A model generated the notes under the pieces. It ran no database searches and was not told the DNA's origin. It saw only the letters and a program-made list of their open reading frames with translations. From Acidimicrobiia bacterium (GTDB lineage Bacteria; Actinomycetota; Acidimicrobiia; Spongiisociales; Spongiisociaceae), in assembly GCA_041576165.1 (NCBI GenBank), contig JBFGLM010000042.1, positions 1 through 40,227 on the forward strand: DNA of 40,227 bases. The letters run 5' to 3'. Position 1 is the stretch's first letter; each line of letters starts with the position of its first letter. Shown piece by piece: positions 18,045 to 28,188 of this stretch. A program made the position numbers and the translations under genes.

Positions 18045-18068
18045 ACCGCCGGTCACAGGGAGCTACTC

Positions 18069-19313
18069 ATGCGTCGCAACACCACAGCCATCATCGTCGG
18101 CGGAGGACAAGCAGGCCTAGCCATGAGCCGTTGCCTGCAGGACCACGCGATCGACCATGTCGTGGTGGAGCGAGGCCGGGTGGCAGAGCGTTGGCGCAGC
18201 GAGCGGTGGGACTCGCTGCGCCTCCTCACCCCGAACTGGATGACCCGGCTGCCGCACTGGCAATACCGCGGCGATGACCCGGACGGATTCATGACGAGGC
18301 CCGAGGTTGTCTCGTTTCTCGAGCAGTACGCACAGTCGTTCTCGGCACCCGTGCTCGAACACACCGCGGTCACCTGTGTGAGCCGCACCGGTGATCGTTT
18401 CCTAGTCGAAACCAGCGCAGGCCAGTGGCAAGCGGACAACGTCGTTGTCGCCACCGGCGGTTTCGCCGAGCCGCGCGTGCCCGGTATGGCAGCCGGACTC
18501 GATCCCGGCGTCCACCAGGTCACCCCCAATCGGTACCGGCACCCGGGCGAACTTCCCGACGGTGGAGTGCTGGTCGTTGGTGCCTCGGCCACCGGAGCTC
18601 AGCTTGCTGAGGAGATACACTACAGCGGCCGTCCGGTGACCCTGGCCGTCGGCCGCCACACCCGGCTGCCGCGTCGGTACCGGGGATTGGATATCCACTG
18701 GTGGTTGGACCAAGCCGGCGTTCTCGATGTTCCCGCTGACCGGGTCTCAGATCTGACGGCTGCCCGCCGCGAGCCTTCGCTGCAGTTGGTGGGCGACCCT
18801 CGTGGCCGCAGCCTGGGGCTGGACCGGCTCGCGGCAGCCGGCGTGCGCCTGGTCGGCCGGCTCCGGCGCATCGACGGCACGCGCGTCGGTTTTGCCCATG
18901 ACCTGGAGCAGACGACCCGGGCCGCCGACGAGCGTCAGAGCCGTTTGCTCGACCGCATCGACGCGTACATATCAGACGTACGCCTGGAACGCGAGGTCGG
19001 CCCCCGCCACCGCCCGGAGCCGATCCGGCCCGGCCGCACGCCCGGACGGCTCAACCTGCAGACGGAGGGAATCAACGCGGTGGTGTGGGCAACCGGCTAT
19101 CGCCGCCGCTATCCCTGGCTTCGCTTGCCCGTGCTCGACCAGCAGGGCGAACTGTGCCACCGCGGGGGCCTCACGCCGGTTACAGGGCTTTACGTCCTGG
19201 GCCTGCCGTTCATGCGGCGGCGCAACTCCACCTTCATCGATGGTGTGGGCCGCGATGCAGAGGAGCTCGCCGCGCATCTCGCAGCCCGGATCCACCAGCG
19301 ATCCCGAGCCTGA
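18069..19313 (+). CDS. Flavin-containing monooxygenase-like FAD/NAD(P)H oxidoreductase
   Basis: IVGGGQAGL, WRSERWDSLRLLTP, VVATG, VVGASATGAQLAEE and VVWATGY. Confidence 0.9.
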   Translation: MRRNTTAIIVGGGQAGLAMSRCLQDHAIDHVVVERGRVAERWRSERWDSLRLLTPNWMTRLPHWQYRGDDPDGFMTRPEVVSFLEQYAQSFSAPVLEHTAVTCVSRTGDRFLVETSAGQWQADNVVVATGGFAEPRVPGMAAGLDPGVHQVTPNRYRHPGELPDGGVLVVGASATGAQLAEEIHYSGRPVTLAVGRHTRLPRRYRGLDIHWWLDQAGVLDVPADRVSDLTAARREPSLQLVGDPRGRSLGLDRLAAAGVRLVGRLRRIDGTRVGFAHDLEQTTRAADERQSRLLDRIDAYISDVRLEREVGPRHRPEPIRPGRTPGRLNLQTEGINAVVWATGYRRRYPWLRLPVLDQQGELCHRGGLTPVTGLYVLGLPFMRRRNSTFIDGVGRDAEELAAHLAARIHQRSRA

Positions 19314-19326
19314 CGGAGGAAGACAG

Positions 19327-20505
19327 ATGAACACAAATCTCGCTCCGCAAAGATCACATTACGACGTCGTCATCGTCGGTGCCCGGGTGGCCGGCGCCGC
19401 CACTGTGATGCTGCTGGCGCGCGCCGGCCTCGATGTGCTGGTGGTTGATCGCAGCCATTACGGTGCCGACACGCTTTCAACCCATCTGTTGATGCGGGCC
19501 GGCTTATGGCAGCTACACCGGTGGGGGTTGCTGCCCTCAATCGTCGAGGCCGACACACCCGAGATCACAGCGACCAGCTTCCACTACGGCGAGGACGCCG
19601 TGCACCTGCCAATCACCGGCGAGGGTCCCGTCGGTGGGCTCTACGCGCCGCGCCGGACGCTACTCGACCCGGTGCTCGCCGACGCGGCACGCCGGGCCGG
19701 CGCCGAAGTCGTCCACGGCGCCCGGGTGACCGGCCTGTTGCGCAGCCGGCAGAGCCGGGTGACCGGGGTGACGATACGCGTTCGCGACACGACGCTGGAA
19801 GTCGAGGCCGATCTAGTGGTCGGCGCCGACGGGCTCAACTCGACTGTTGCCCAGACCGTGCGCGCGCCCATCTACCGCCAGGGCAACCACGCGGCGGCGG
19901 CCATCTACACCTACGTGGCAGGCGTCTCCGACGCCGGATACGACAACTATTTCACGCCCGGCATTGCAGCCGGGACGATCCCCACCAACTCGGGATTGGT
20001 GTGCGTGTTCGTGTCACTACCGCCCGAGCGTTTCGCGGCCGAGGCCCGGGGGGCGGTTCCCATGGCGTGGCACTCGGTGCTGCACGAGGTGAATCCCGCC
20101 GCAGCCCACCGAATTCGCCGCGGCGAGATCGCGGCTCCCTTCCGGTCCTTCCCGGGTCGTCCCGGATTCTTCCGGACCTCGCATGGTCCAGGCTGGGCGC
20201 TGGTGGGCGACGCTGGTCACTACAACGACTCGCTCACCGCCCACGGCATGACCGGCGCGCTGCGCGATGCGGAGCTGCTGGCCGCGGCGGTTTTGGCTGA
20301 CGACCTACCCACATATCAGCAGGCCCGGGACGTGCTGGCTGTGCCGATCTACACCCTGACCGATCAAATCGCGTCGCTGGCTTGGAGCCTCGAGGACCTC
20401 CAGGCGTATCACATCGATCTCAGCCGAGCCTACAAGCGAGAAGCGCAAACGGTGGCAGCCTGGTCATCCACCGCACAGGGATGGGACCTTGCCCAATCCG
20501 CCTGA
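19327..20505 (+). CDS. FAD-dependent oxidoreductase (aromatic hydroxylase / geranylgeranyl reductase-like)
   Basis: YDVVIVGARVAGA, APRRTLLD, VVGADG and WALVGDAG motifs. GGAGGA SD before ATG 19327. Confidence 0.9.
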   Translation: MNTNLAPQRSHYDVVIVGARVAGAATVMLLARAGLDVLVVDRSHYGADTLSTHLLMRAGLWQLHRWGLLPSIVEADTPEITATSFHYGEDAVHLPITGEGPVGGLYAPRRTLLDPVLADAARRAGAEVVHGARVTGLLRSRQSRVTGVTIRVRDTTLEVEADLVVGADGLNSTVAQTVRAPIYRQGNHAAAAIYTYVAGVSDAGYDNYFTPGIAAGTIPTNSGLVCVFVSLPPERFAAEARGAVPMAWHSVLHEVNPAAAHRIRRGEIAAPFRSFPGRPGFFRTSHGPGWALVGDAGHYNDSLTAHGMTGALRDAELLAAAVLADDLPTYQQARDVLAVPIYTLTDQIASLAWSLEDLQAYHIDLSRAYKREAQTVAAWSSTAQGWDLAQSA

Positions 20506-20528
20506 CCGCCGCCTGGACGCGGGTCGCG

Positions 20529-23500
20529 TCAGATTGCCTGGACTTGGTCTAGATCGCGGCGAGTGCGGTCGGCCAGCGGCACTGCGCCCATCGCCTCGTG
20601 CCGGTCCAGGGCGGCCCGCAGCCACCGGTCGGCGTCGCCCGGTCGGCCGGCGGTGGCCGCCAGCAGGCCCAGGTAACGCGACATGGCGCCTTTGCAGATC
20701 ATGGCCCGGTCCACGAGCACGATTCGATCGGAGAACGGGGTGAGCGTGTCGAGAAGGAGCTTCGCCCGGGCCTGATCACCCAGGTAGGCACAGGCCTCCG
20801 CGATGTAGGCGATGGCGTTGAACCAAACCAGGTCCCGGGGGACGTCGGCGAAGTCGTGCCGAGCCAGGCTCGAGTATTCCAGCTCCACGCCGTTGGGATC
20901 GTCCCGGCGGATGTGCAGATAGGCCAGTGACGCCCGCCAGGCCGGCACGTGCGGGTTCTCGACGGCCAGACGTTCGTACTCGTTCACCATCTCATCGAGC
21001 TCGGAAGGGATGCCCCTTTCAATGACGAGCCAGAACCACTGGACCCAATAGATGAGGTCCGCGTTGGGGTCCTGTGCTGCTTCGCTGAGCGCGCGAGCCT
21101 CCAGAATCGCTCGTTCCGCGGCATCGAGACGGCCCTCGAGCATGGCCCAGGTCGCCGCCCACACCTCGACGTCGCGTAAGTGGATTCGCTGGCGGAGGTC
21201 GTGGGCCAGTTCGGCGTGGCGACGCGTCGCCCGCCGAGCCCCGTCCACATCACCACCCTCGAGCAGGTCGACCACCAGCAGCGCCTGGCTGCGAAGCAGC
21301 AACTCGGGCTGACCCATCCGTTCGCCCATGTCGTGGATCCGCTGCGCGGTCTCGATCCGATTGTGCGTGTCCTCCGGTCCCCAGAGTGCGGCATGGCGAG
21401 CCGACAGCACCCAGGCCAGCGCCTCATCGTCCCCCGCCGCAGTCGCGTCCGCTTCCGCCAGGCTGCTCAGCTGCCGGCGGCGACCGGTGTCCGCCGTGTA
21501 GTACAGCGCCTGGGCCAAGCGGGCTGTGACCCGGGCGCGCAATGCCATCGACCCGTCCCCGAGTGCGGCGCGGGCTTGCTCGAGCAGTGCCGCCAGCTCG
21601 GCGTCAGCCCCCCAGATCGACGCAGCCTCCCCCACCCCCAGTGCGGCGCGTGCGAGCAGCACGCCATCGCCATTTCCGGCGGCCAGGCGCGCCGCCTCCA
21701 CCAGATCCTGGCGGGCGGCGGCGCTGTCGCCGGCTCGTAGCCGGGCATCACCTCGGGCAAGCAGCGCGACTGCCACGTCAGCTTCCGGCGCATCGGCCGC
21801 TCGCAAGGCATCCAGCACCATCGTTTGCAGCTCCGCCGCGTGTTCGTACGCCAGCTGGTCCATTGCGTGCGAGGCCGCCTGTCGGGCGTTTTCAATCAGC
21901 CGATTCGGATCACTTTCCGGGAGCGCCGAATAGAGGTGGTGGGCAACCTCGGCGTGCCGATGCCGACCGCCCGCTGCCTCCAGTTCCGATGCCAGCTGGA
22001 GATGCAGGTGCAGCCTCCGACTGCTGGCGAGGCGCTGGACAAGCGCGTCCCGCACGAGGGCATGCGCAAACCGGTACGAATCGGCGGCACCCGGGACCTC
22101 GACGACCAGGCCGGCCCGGAGCGCCGTTTCGATTGCATCGAACATCAGGACCGGCGTCTTATCGATCGCTCGGGCGGCGATCCCCAACCGGAAGATTTCG
22201 CCCATCAGCGCGCCGGCGGTCAAGACCTCGACCAACTCCGGCTGCAGGTGGGCGATACGGCGGGCGACCAGCTCGCGCAGCCCTGTCGGAACGGCATCGA
22301 GGGTTTCCGCTCCGGTTTCGTCGAGGTGACGTAGCAGCTCGCGCAACAGGAACGGGTTTCCTCCGGTCCGCAACCAGGCCCGCTCGGCGAGTGCAGCCGA
22401 GCGGGGGAAGTCACACGCCACCATCGACTCCACCTGCTCGGAAGACAAACCGGCCAGGTGGATGGTGGTGACACGCTCCTCCGCCTCCAGCGTGGTCAAT
22501 ACATCGGCTAGATCAGACCCCGGCACCAAGCTCTCGGACCGGACGGTCGCGGCGACCAGAATGGGCGACTGGCGGGCGGACCGAAGCATGTAGCGGATGG
22601 CCTGCAGCGTTGGACGGTCCGCCCACTGGAGATCGTCGACGATCAGCAGGACCGGCTGGGGCAATACCGAGAAGAACGCGTCGAATGCTGCGAACAATTC
22701 GGCTCGGGCCGGCTCCGGTGCGTGGTCGCGTGACCGTGCCACCGGCAGATCGGCCAGCGCCGGTACGGCCCGGGCCAGGGTGGGGGCAACGGTCTCCACG
22801 ACGTCGGGAGGGGCGACCGCCGCGAGCGAGGCCACCCACTCGGCGAGAGGTTGATATGGCACCAGTGCTTCTTCATCACATCGGCCGCAGCTGATCGTCG
22901 CAGCCATCGTCTGCAGGGCCACTGCGGCCTCAGCGACCAACCGCGTCTTGCCGATTCCGGATTGACCACTCACGACGACAGCCAACCGCCGACCGGTATC
23001 GATTGACGCGTGGAAGGCGGCTTCGACGGCCGCGCGCTCTTCAGAACGCCCAGTGAAGGTGCCAGTTGCGACGGCGGTCAGCACCGCGGACGGCAGAGCC
23101 GGAGCAGGCGGCTCGACCGGCTGATGCTTTGCCACGAGACCGGCCAGTTCCTTGCGATCGGTGGCGCCCAATTTGCGGAGAAGCGCCGACACGTGACTTT
23201 CGACCGTGCGAACCGAGATGAACAGCCGCTCGGCGATTTCGGCGTTCGTCAACTGCGCCGCGACCGCGTCGAGCACCTCGCGCTCCCGCCGAGTGACCGC
23301 CGACCAGAGCGGGGACGGGCCTTCTGACGACCCGGCCGAATCCTCTGGCCCCGACCCAACGGGTCGGGCACGCGGTGGAGGCGCGGCAGGGTGGAGCTTG
23401 GCAGCGACCGCCTGCAACTTGGCGGACGGCCCCCGGCCGGGTTCGCTTGCGAGTCGCTGAGCGAACGATTCGTACGCACGGAGCGCTTCCGTCTGGCGGC

Positions 23501-24161
23501 CCAGCCGCGACAAGGCCTCGATCGCCAGCGCCACCGGTCTCTCCCGGTGCGGGTGGTCTGCAATGATCGCTTGTGCGATCCCGAGCCCGTCGGGGTACCG
23601 GCCCAGCGCGAGCAGTATCTCGGCCAGGTCCTCCCGGGCTGTCACCACCAGCTCGTCGAGTCGCTGGGCGGCTGTTCCGGCAAAGTCTTCGTCGCGAAAC
23701 TCAGCCAGCGCCGGTCCCCGAGACAGTCGGAGAGCCGCCTCCAGCAACATGGCCGCCCGCTCGGGGTGCTCGGCCCGTACGGACGCCGCTTCCCGAACAT
23801 GCTGCTCGAGAAGGCCGGCGTCTATTTCGACGGCGTTCGTCGCCAGCAGATATCCCGGCGGCCGGGTCAGTATCCACCGGGGCTGTCCCGGCGGGCTGCT
23901 CAGGGTGCGGCGGAGGCGCGCAACGTGGGCCTGCAGCGTCTTTGCGGCCGACACTGGGACGGCGCCGTCCCACAACATGTTGACGAGCCGGTCGCGAGGG
24001 ATCACCGTTCCGGCGTTGATGGCAAGCGCAGTGAGCAAACGCCGCTGCATCCGGCTGGCGACGGGGACCTCGACGTCGCCCCGGATGACGCGTAGCGAGC
24101 CGAGGATGCCCACCGAGAGCACCGCGGCACCTTCGAAGTGGCGAGTCCCGTCGCTGGTCAT
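20529..24161 (-). CDS. Large regulator: SARP wHTH-BTAD + internal LuxR HTH + AAA/STAND ATPase + helical C-terminus
   Basis: GILGSLRV...LQAHVARLRR..PPGY (wHTH); HPHRER (BTAD); TRREREVL..TNAEIAERLFISVRTVESHVSALLRKLG (LuxR); GQSGIGKT and VDDLQWAD (Walker A/B); TGGNPFLL. Confidence 0.92.
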   Translation of the reverse strand: MTSDGTRHFEGAAVLSVGILGSLRVIRGDVEVPVASRMQRRLLTALAINAGTVIPRDRLVNMLWDGAVPVSAAKTLQAHVARLRRTLSSPPGQPRWILTRPPGYLLATNAVEIDAGLLEQHVREAASVRAEHPERAAMLLEAALRLSRGPALAEFRDEDFAGTAAQRLDELVVTAREDLAEILLALGRYPDGLGIAQAIIADHPHRERPVALAIEALSRLGRQTEALRAYESFAQRLASEPGRGPSAKLQAVAAKLHPAAPPPRARPVGSGPEDSAGSSEGPSPLWSAVTRREREVLDAVAAQLTNAEIAERLFISVRTVESHVSALLRKLGATDRKELAGLVAKHQPVEPPAPALPSAVLTAVATGTFTGRSEERAAVEAAFHASIDTGRRLAVVVSGQSGIGKTRLVAEAAVALQTMAATISCGRCDEEALVPYQPLAEWVASLAAVAPPDVVETVAPTLARAVPALADLPVARSRDHAPEPARAELFAAFDAFFSVLPQPVLLIVDDLQWADRPTLQAIRYMLRSARQSPILVAATVRSESLVPGSDLADVLTTLEAEERVTTIHLAGLSSEQVESMVACDFPRSAALAERAWLRTGGNPFLLRELLRHLDETGAETLDAVPTGLRELVARRIAHLQPELVEVLTAGALMGEIFRLGIAARAIDKTPVLMFDAIETALRAGLVVEVPGAADSYRFAHALVRDALVQRLASSRRLHLHLQLASELEAAGGRHRHAEVAHHLYSALPESDPNRLIENARQAASHAMDQLAYEHAAELQTMVLDALRAADAPEADVAVALLARGDARLRAGDSAAARQDLVEAARLAAGNGDGVLLARAALGVGEAASIWGADAELAALLEQARAALGDGSMALRARVTARLAQALYYTADTGRRRQLSSLAEADATAAGDDEALAWVLSARHAALWGPEDTHNRIETAQRIHDMGERMGQPELLLRSQALLVVDLLEGGDVDGARRATRRHAELAHDLRQRIHLRDVEVWAATWAMLEGRLDAAERAILEARALSEAAQDPNADLIYWVQWFWLVIERGIPSELDEMVNEYERLAVENPHVPAWRASLAYLHIRRDDPNGVELEYSSLARHDFADVPRDLVWFNAIAYIAEACAYLGDQARAKLLLDTLTPFSDRIVLVDRAMICKGAMSRYLGLLAATAGRPGDADRWLRAALDRHEAMGAVPLADRTRRDLDQVQAI

Positions 24162-24269
24162 GGCACACAACCGGAGCCGATCTGTTGCTCCCTGACTCTA
24201 ATCAGGGTGCCGGCCAGATCGGGACAGACCTGCCGCATCGGCCGGGCGCGCTGGATTTGGGCGGACGAC

Positions 24270-24620
24270 TCAGACGAGCTCGATGACTGCCATTTCGGCG
24301 TTGTCACCTCGCCGAGGGCCCACCCGCACGATCCGGGTGTAGCCGCCGGGCCGGTCGGCGTAGCGGGGTCCGATCTCGTCGAACAGCTTGGTGACCACCT
24401 CGAGATCGTTGATGTCCTTGAGGACCAGGCGGCGGGCATGCAGGTCACCGCGACGGGCCTTGGTGATCATCTGCTCAGCAACAGGACGCAGCATCTTGGC
24501 TTTGGCCACCGTCGTGGTGATGCGTTCATCCCAGAACAGCGACGCCGCCAGGTTGGACAGGATCGCCTTCTGGTGCGCGGGGCTGCCGCCCAGCCGCTTT
24601 CCCTTCTTCGGCTTCGGCAT
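24270..24620 (-). CDS. rplQ: 50S ribosomal protein L17
   Basis: [16 protein letters not shown] and [22 protein letters not shown]. Confidence 0.98.
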   Translation of the reverse strand: MPKPKKGKRLGGSPAHQKAILSNLAASLFWDERITTTVAKAKMLRPVAEQMITKARRGDLHARRLVLKDINDLEVVTKLFDEIGPRYADRPGGYTRIVRVGPRRGDNAEMAVIELV

Positions 24621-25573
24621 CAGGTTGCTTCCTTGTCTCCGCCCTGGGAAAGGCTCAGGCCCAGCTCGTCGAGCTTGGCGGCCACCTCTTCGAGGCTCTT
24701 CTGCCCGAAGTTGGTGATGTTCAGAAGGTCGTCTTCGGTTTGCTGAACCAGCTCCCCGACGGTCTTGATCTGAGCGCGACGCAGGCAATTGCGAGGACGC
24801 TCGGATAGGTCGAGCGCCTCGATGGGCAGGTCGAGGTCGGGTGAGGACGACTCCGCGACAGCGACGTCGCCCAGTTCCAAACCGACCCCTTCGCCGATGT
24901 CGGCGAACAAGCCGAGCAGCTCACGCAGCGTCTTACCGGCCGAAGACATCGCCTCGGACGGCGGCATCGATCCGTCCGTCTCGACGTCGATCACCAGCCG
25001 GTCGAAGTTGGTCATCTGGCCCACCTGGGTGCTGTCCACCCGGTAGGTGACCTTGCGGACCGGCGAGAAGATCGAGTCGATCGGGATGATGCCGATCGCG
25101 TCTGAGGTCTTGTTCTTGTCGGCACTGCGATAACCCACGCCTTGCTCAACCGTGAGCTCCATCTCGAGCCGCCCGCTAGGAGACAGCGATGCGAGGTGGA
25201 GATCGCCGTTGACGACCTCGACACCACTGGGTGTCTTCAGTTGGGCCGCAGTGACATCGCCGGTGCCCTTGGCCGACAGGTAGATGGTTTGGGGCTCCGC
25301 GTCCTCCATGCGCACGACGAGCTGCTTGACGTTGAGGATGATGTCAACCACGTCCTCCACCACACCGGGTACGGTCGTGAACTCGTGTTGTACGCCCTCG
25401 ATCCGCAACGAAGACACCGCAGCGCCAGGAATACGGGAGAGCAGTGTGCGGCGAAGGGTGTTGCCGAGCGTGTAGCCGAAACCGGGCTCTAACGGCTCGA
25501 CGACGAAGCGGGAACGGACGTCGCTGACGGCCTCTTCTTCGATCTGGGGACGCTGAACGATCAACGCTTGCAC
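24620..25573 (-). CDS. rpoA: RNA polymerase subunit alpha
   Basis: [25 protein letters not shown] and [10 protein letters not shown]. Confidence 0.98.
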   Translation of the reverse strand: MQALIVQRPQIEEEAVSDVRSRFVVEPLEPGFGYTLGNTLRRTLLSRIPGAAVSSLRIEGVQHEFTTVPGVVEDVVDIILNVKQLVVRMEDAEPQTIYLSAKGTGDVTAAQLKTPSGVEVVNGDLHLASLSPSGRLEMELTVEQGVGYRSADKNKTSDAIGIIPIDSIFSPVRKVTYRVDSTQVGQMTNFDRLVIDVETDGSMPPSEAMSSAGKTLRELLGLFADIGEGVGLELGDVAVAESSSPDLDLPIEALDLSERPRNCLRRAQIKTVGELVQQTEDDLLNITNFGQKSLEEVAAKLDELGLSLSQGGDKEAT

Positions 25574-25591
25574 TTGGCCACCCTTCTGGGA

Positions 25592-26200
25592 CTACTTCGA
25601 ATACAGCTCGACCACGAGCTGCTCTTGAATTGTGGTATCGATCTGCGCTCGACTGGGCAGATCGCGTATCGCTATTTGCCGCTGATCCAGGTTCACGTCG
25701 AGCCACTCCGGAAACAACCGGTCGCCGGACGTATCAACTGCATGCTGGATGACGACGATGTCCTTGCTGCGCTCCTTGACGGTAACCACGTCGCCGGCCC
25801 GCACCCGGTAGGAGGGGATGTCCACCTTTTTGTCGTTCACCCGGAAATGGCCGTGGTTCACGAGCTGCCGGGCCTGGGGACGGGTCCTTGCCAGACCCGC
25901 GCGGTACACGACGTTGTCCAGTCGCGTCTCGAGGATCTGCATGAGGTTGTCGCCGGTGACCCCGGCCTTGCGGGCGGCCTCCTTGTAGTACTTCCGGAAC
26001 TGCCGCTCGAGGATGCCGTATATGTGACGCAGCTTCTGCTTCTCCCGCAGCTGGATCAGATAGTCCGTCTCGCGCACCCGGCGCCGGCCATGCTGACCCG
26101 GCGGATACGGCCGCCGGTCGTAATACTTGCTCTTGTTCTCATCGAGCACCTGCCCCATGCGGCGACTCTTGCGAGTGCGAGGGCCTGTATAACGCGCCAT
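25592..26200 (-). CDS. rpsD: 30S ribosomal protein S4
   Basis: MARYTGP, PGQHG, LETRLDNVVYR and VELYSK. Confidence 0.98.
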   Translation of the reverse strand: MARYTGPRTRKSRRMGQVLDENKSKYYDRRPYPPGQHGRRRVRETDYLIQLREKQKLRHIYGILERQFRKYYKEAARKAGVTGDNLMQILETRLDNVVYRAGLARTRPQARQLVNHGHFRVNDKKVDIPSYRVRAGDVVTVKERSKDIVVIQHAVDTSGDRLFPEWLDVNLDQRQIAIRDLPSRAQIDTTIQEQLVVELYSK

Positions 26201-26206
26201 CTGCGA

Positions 26207-26599
26207 TCAACCCCTCCGTCGCTTCTTGGGCCGGCAACCGTTGTGGGGCAGCGGCGTCACATCTTTGATGCCGGACACCTCGATCCCCATGTTCTGCAAA
26301 GTGCGGATTGCGGTCTCTCGTCCGGCGCCGTTGCCCGAGACGATGACATCGAGCTTGCGGATCCCGTGCTCGCCGGCTCGTCGTGACGCCTCTTCCGCGG
26401 CAACCTGCGCCGCATATGGAGTGGACTTGCGGGATCCCTTGAATCCCACCGATCCACCCGACGTCCACACGACGGAGTTGCCGGATACGTCGGTGATGGT
26501 GATGATCGTGTTGTTGAAACTCGCCTTGATATGCGCCTGGCCGTGGCTGATGTTCTTACGCTCACGGCGGCGGACTCGTTTTGGCTGTTGCCTGCCCAA
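26207..26599 (-). CDS. rpsK: 30S ribosomal protein S11
   Basis: [19 protein letters not shown] and [15 protein letters not shown] start with GGAGG SD. Confidence 0.98.
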   Translation of the reverse strand: MGRQQPKRVRRRERKNISHGQAHIKASFNNTIITITDVSGNSVVWTSGGSVGFKGSRKSTPYAAQVAAEEASRRAGEHGIRKLDVIVSGNGAGRETAIRTLQNMGIEVSGIKDVTPLPHNGCRPKKRRRG

Positions 26600-26613
26600 C
26601 GCAGCCTCCGGAA

Positions 26614-26991
26614 TTACTTGGTGACCTTCTTCTTGCCGGCGATCGCAACGCGCTTGCCCTTGCGGGTACGAGCGTTGGTGTGTGTGCGCTGCCCGCGCAC
26701 CGGGAGGCCACGACGATGCCGGAGACCCTGGTAGCTCCCGATTTCGATCTTGCGCTTGATGTTCTGCTGAACGTCGCGGCGCAGATCACCCTCCACCTGC
26801 AAATTCTGCTGGATGAAAGATCGAATCTTGCTGACTTCGCTGTCGGTCAGGTCACGAACTCGCGTGTCCATGTCGATGTTCAGTTCGCGACATATCGTCT
26901 GTGACCGCGTGCGGCCGATGCCGTAGATGTATGTCAGCCCGACCTCGAGTCGCTTCTCCCGGGGGAGGTCAACACCTGCAATACGTGCCAT
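26614..26991 (-). CDS. rpsM: 30S ribosomal protein S13
   Basis: [10 protein letters not shown] and [19 protein letters not shown]. Confidence 0.98.
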   Translation of the reverse strand: MARIAGVDLPREKRLEVGLTYIYGIGRTRSQTICRELNIDMDTRVRDLTDSEVSKIRSFIQQNLQVEGDLRRDVQQNIKRKIEIGSYQGLRHRRGLPVRGQRTHTNARTRKGKRVAIAGKKKVTK

Positions 26992-27005
26992 CTTCTAACC
27001 AGCCC

Positions 27006-27119
27006 TCAACCTTGACGCTGCTTGTGCCGCGGATTCGAACACAACACCCAGACGCGCCCGCGACGCCGGATCACCCGGCACTTCTCGCACATCTTCTTAG
27101 ATGAAGGGCGAACCTTCAT
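27006..27119 (-). CDS. rpmJ: 50S ribosomal protein L36 (zinc-ribbon form)
   Basis: [45 protein letters not shown]. Confidence 0.97.
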   Translation of the reverse strand: MKVRPSSKKMCEKCRVIRRRGRVWVLCSNPRHKQRQG

Positions 27120-27405
27120 GACTGCTCCTTCTTCACCGTTCACTGCGCACCACGGGAACGGTGCTGCGATGCGGTCTGGTGGTAGCCATGCGAGTCGCAC
27201 GGCATCGGCTCTCTAGTTGTTCCAGGAGCAGCCGGCCATGTGACCGGGCGAACCTGGCGCAATCTCCGCGGCCGTCCCACGACCGCGCATCACACGCGAT
27301 GGCCACTCCTCCTGCTCGACCAGGCGGCCGACCCGGCCACAGCTGACTCAGCGGGGCTGGCCAGCACAGGAGTAACCAATCGACCTTCGAGGCCGAAGCA
27401 GCATG

Positions 27406-28179
27406 TTACCCGGCCGGCCGGGCAGTGAGCAAGTCGCTGACGGTGAGCACCTTTGGCCCGTCGTCGGTGATCGCCACCGTGTGCTCGAAATGCGCGGACA
27501 AGCTGCCGTCGGCGGTGACGACCGTCCACCCGTCCATCTCTGTTCGGGTCTCGGCGGTCCCGAGGTTGAACATCGGTTCGATGCAGATCGCCATGCCCCG
27601 TTTCAGCTTCATGCCGCTGCCCTTACGGCCGTAATTGGGGATCTGGGGTGACTCGTGCATTTGCTGACCTATGCCGTGGCCGACGTACTCTCGCACCACG
27701 CCGTATCCGTACGGGCGTGCTTCGGCTTCCACCGCCGCCCCGATGTCGCCGATGCGGGCACCGTGCCGCACCTGATCGATCCCGGCCCACAGGGCTCGGT
27801 TGGTCACCTCGAGCAGTCGAGCCACTTCGTCGCTGATCTCGCCAATCCCGAAGGTCACCGCTGCGTCACCGTGATAGCCCTCATAGATGGCACCGGCATC
27901 GATGGAGAGAATGTCCCCCTCGCGGAGCTTCTGGTCACCGGGGATTCCGTGCACGATCACGTCGTTGGGAGACGTGCAGATGTGCGCGGGATAGCCGTGA
28001 TAGCCGAGGAAGGACGGAAGGCAATCGTACGCTCGTATCACCTCGGCCCCGATGGCGTCCAACTCGCGCAACGTCACGCCGGCCTGCGCCGCCTCCTGCA
28101 CGGCCTCATGAACGGCGGCCACAGCCCGACCGGCGATCGCCATCCGGTCGAATTGCTCCTCGTTCTTGATGGTGATCAC
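27406..28179 (-). CDS. map: Type I methionine aminopeptidase
   Basis: SPNDVIVHGIP, GDAAVT, GHGIG..MHE, IEPM and SAHFEHT. Confidence 0.97.
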   Translation of the reverse strand: MITIKNEEQFDRMAIAGRAVAAVHEAVQEAAQAGVTLRELDAIGAEVIRAYDCLPSFLGYHGYPAHICTSPNDVIVHGIPGDQKLREGDILSIDAGAIYEGYHGDAAVTFGIGEISDEVARLLEVTNRALWAGIDQVRHGARIGDIGAAVEAEARPYGYGVVREYVGHGIGQQMHESPQIPNYGRKGSGMKLKRGMAICIEPMFNLGTAETRTEMDGWTVVTADGSLSAHFEHTVAITDDGPKVLTVSDLLTARPAG

Positions 28180-28188
28180 AGCCCGGTC

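Noticed and set aside
16425-18056. 543-aa minus-strand ORF as one large protein
   Set aside because: Only the last ~181 codons are NUDIX. The rest is the antisense shadow of osmC and spacer DNA.
24190-24207. Hairpin CCCTGA-N6-TCAGGG after rplQ as an intrinsic terminator
   Set aside because: The stem is only 6 bp with no U-tract, which is too weak to call.
27133-27306. 57-aa minus-strand ORF in the map-rpmJ gap
   Set aside because: The GTG abuts the SD-like GGAGGAG with no spacing. It does not resemble IF-1 or any family I recognise.
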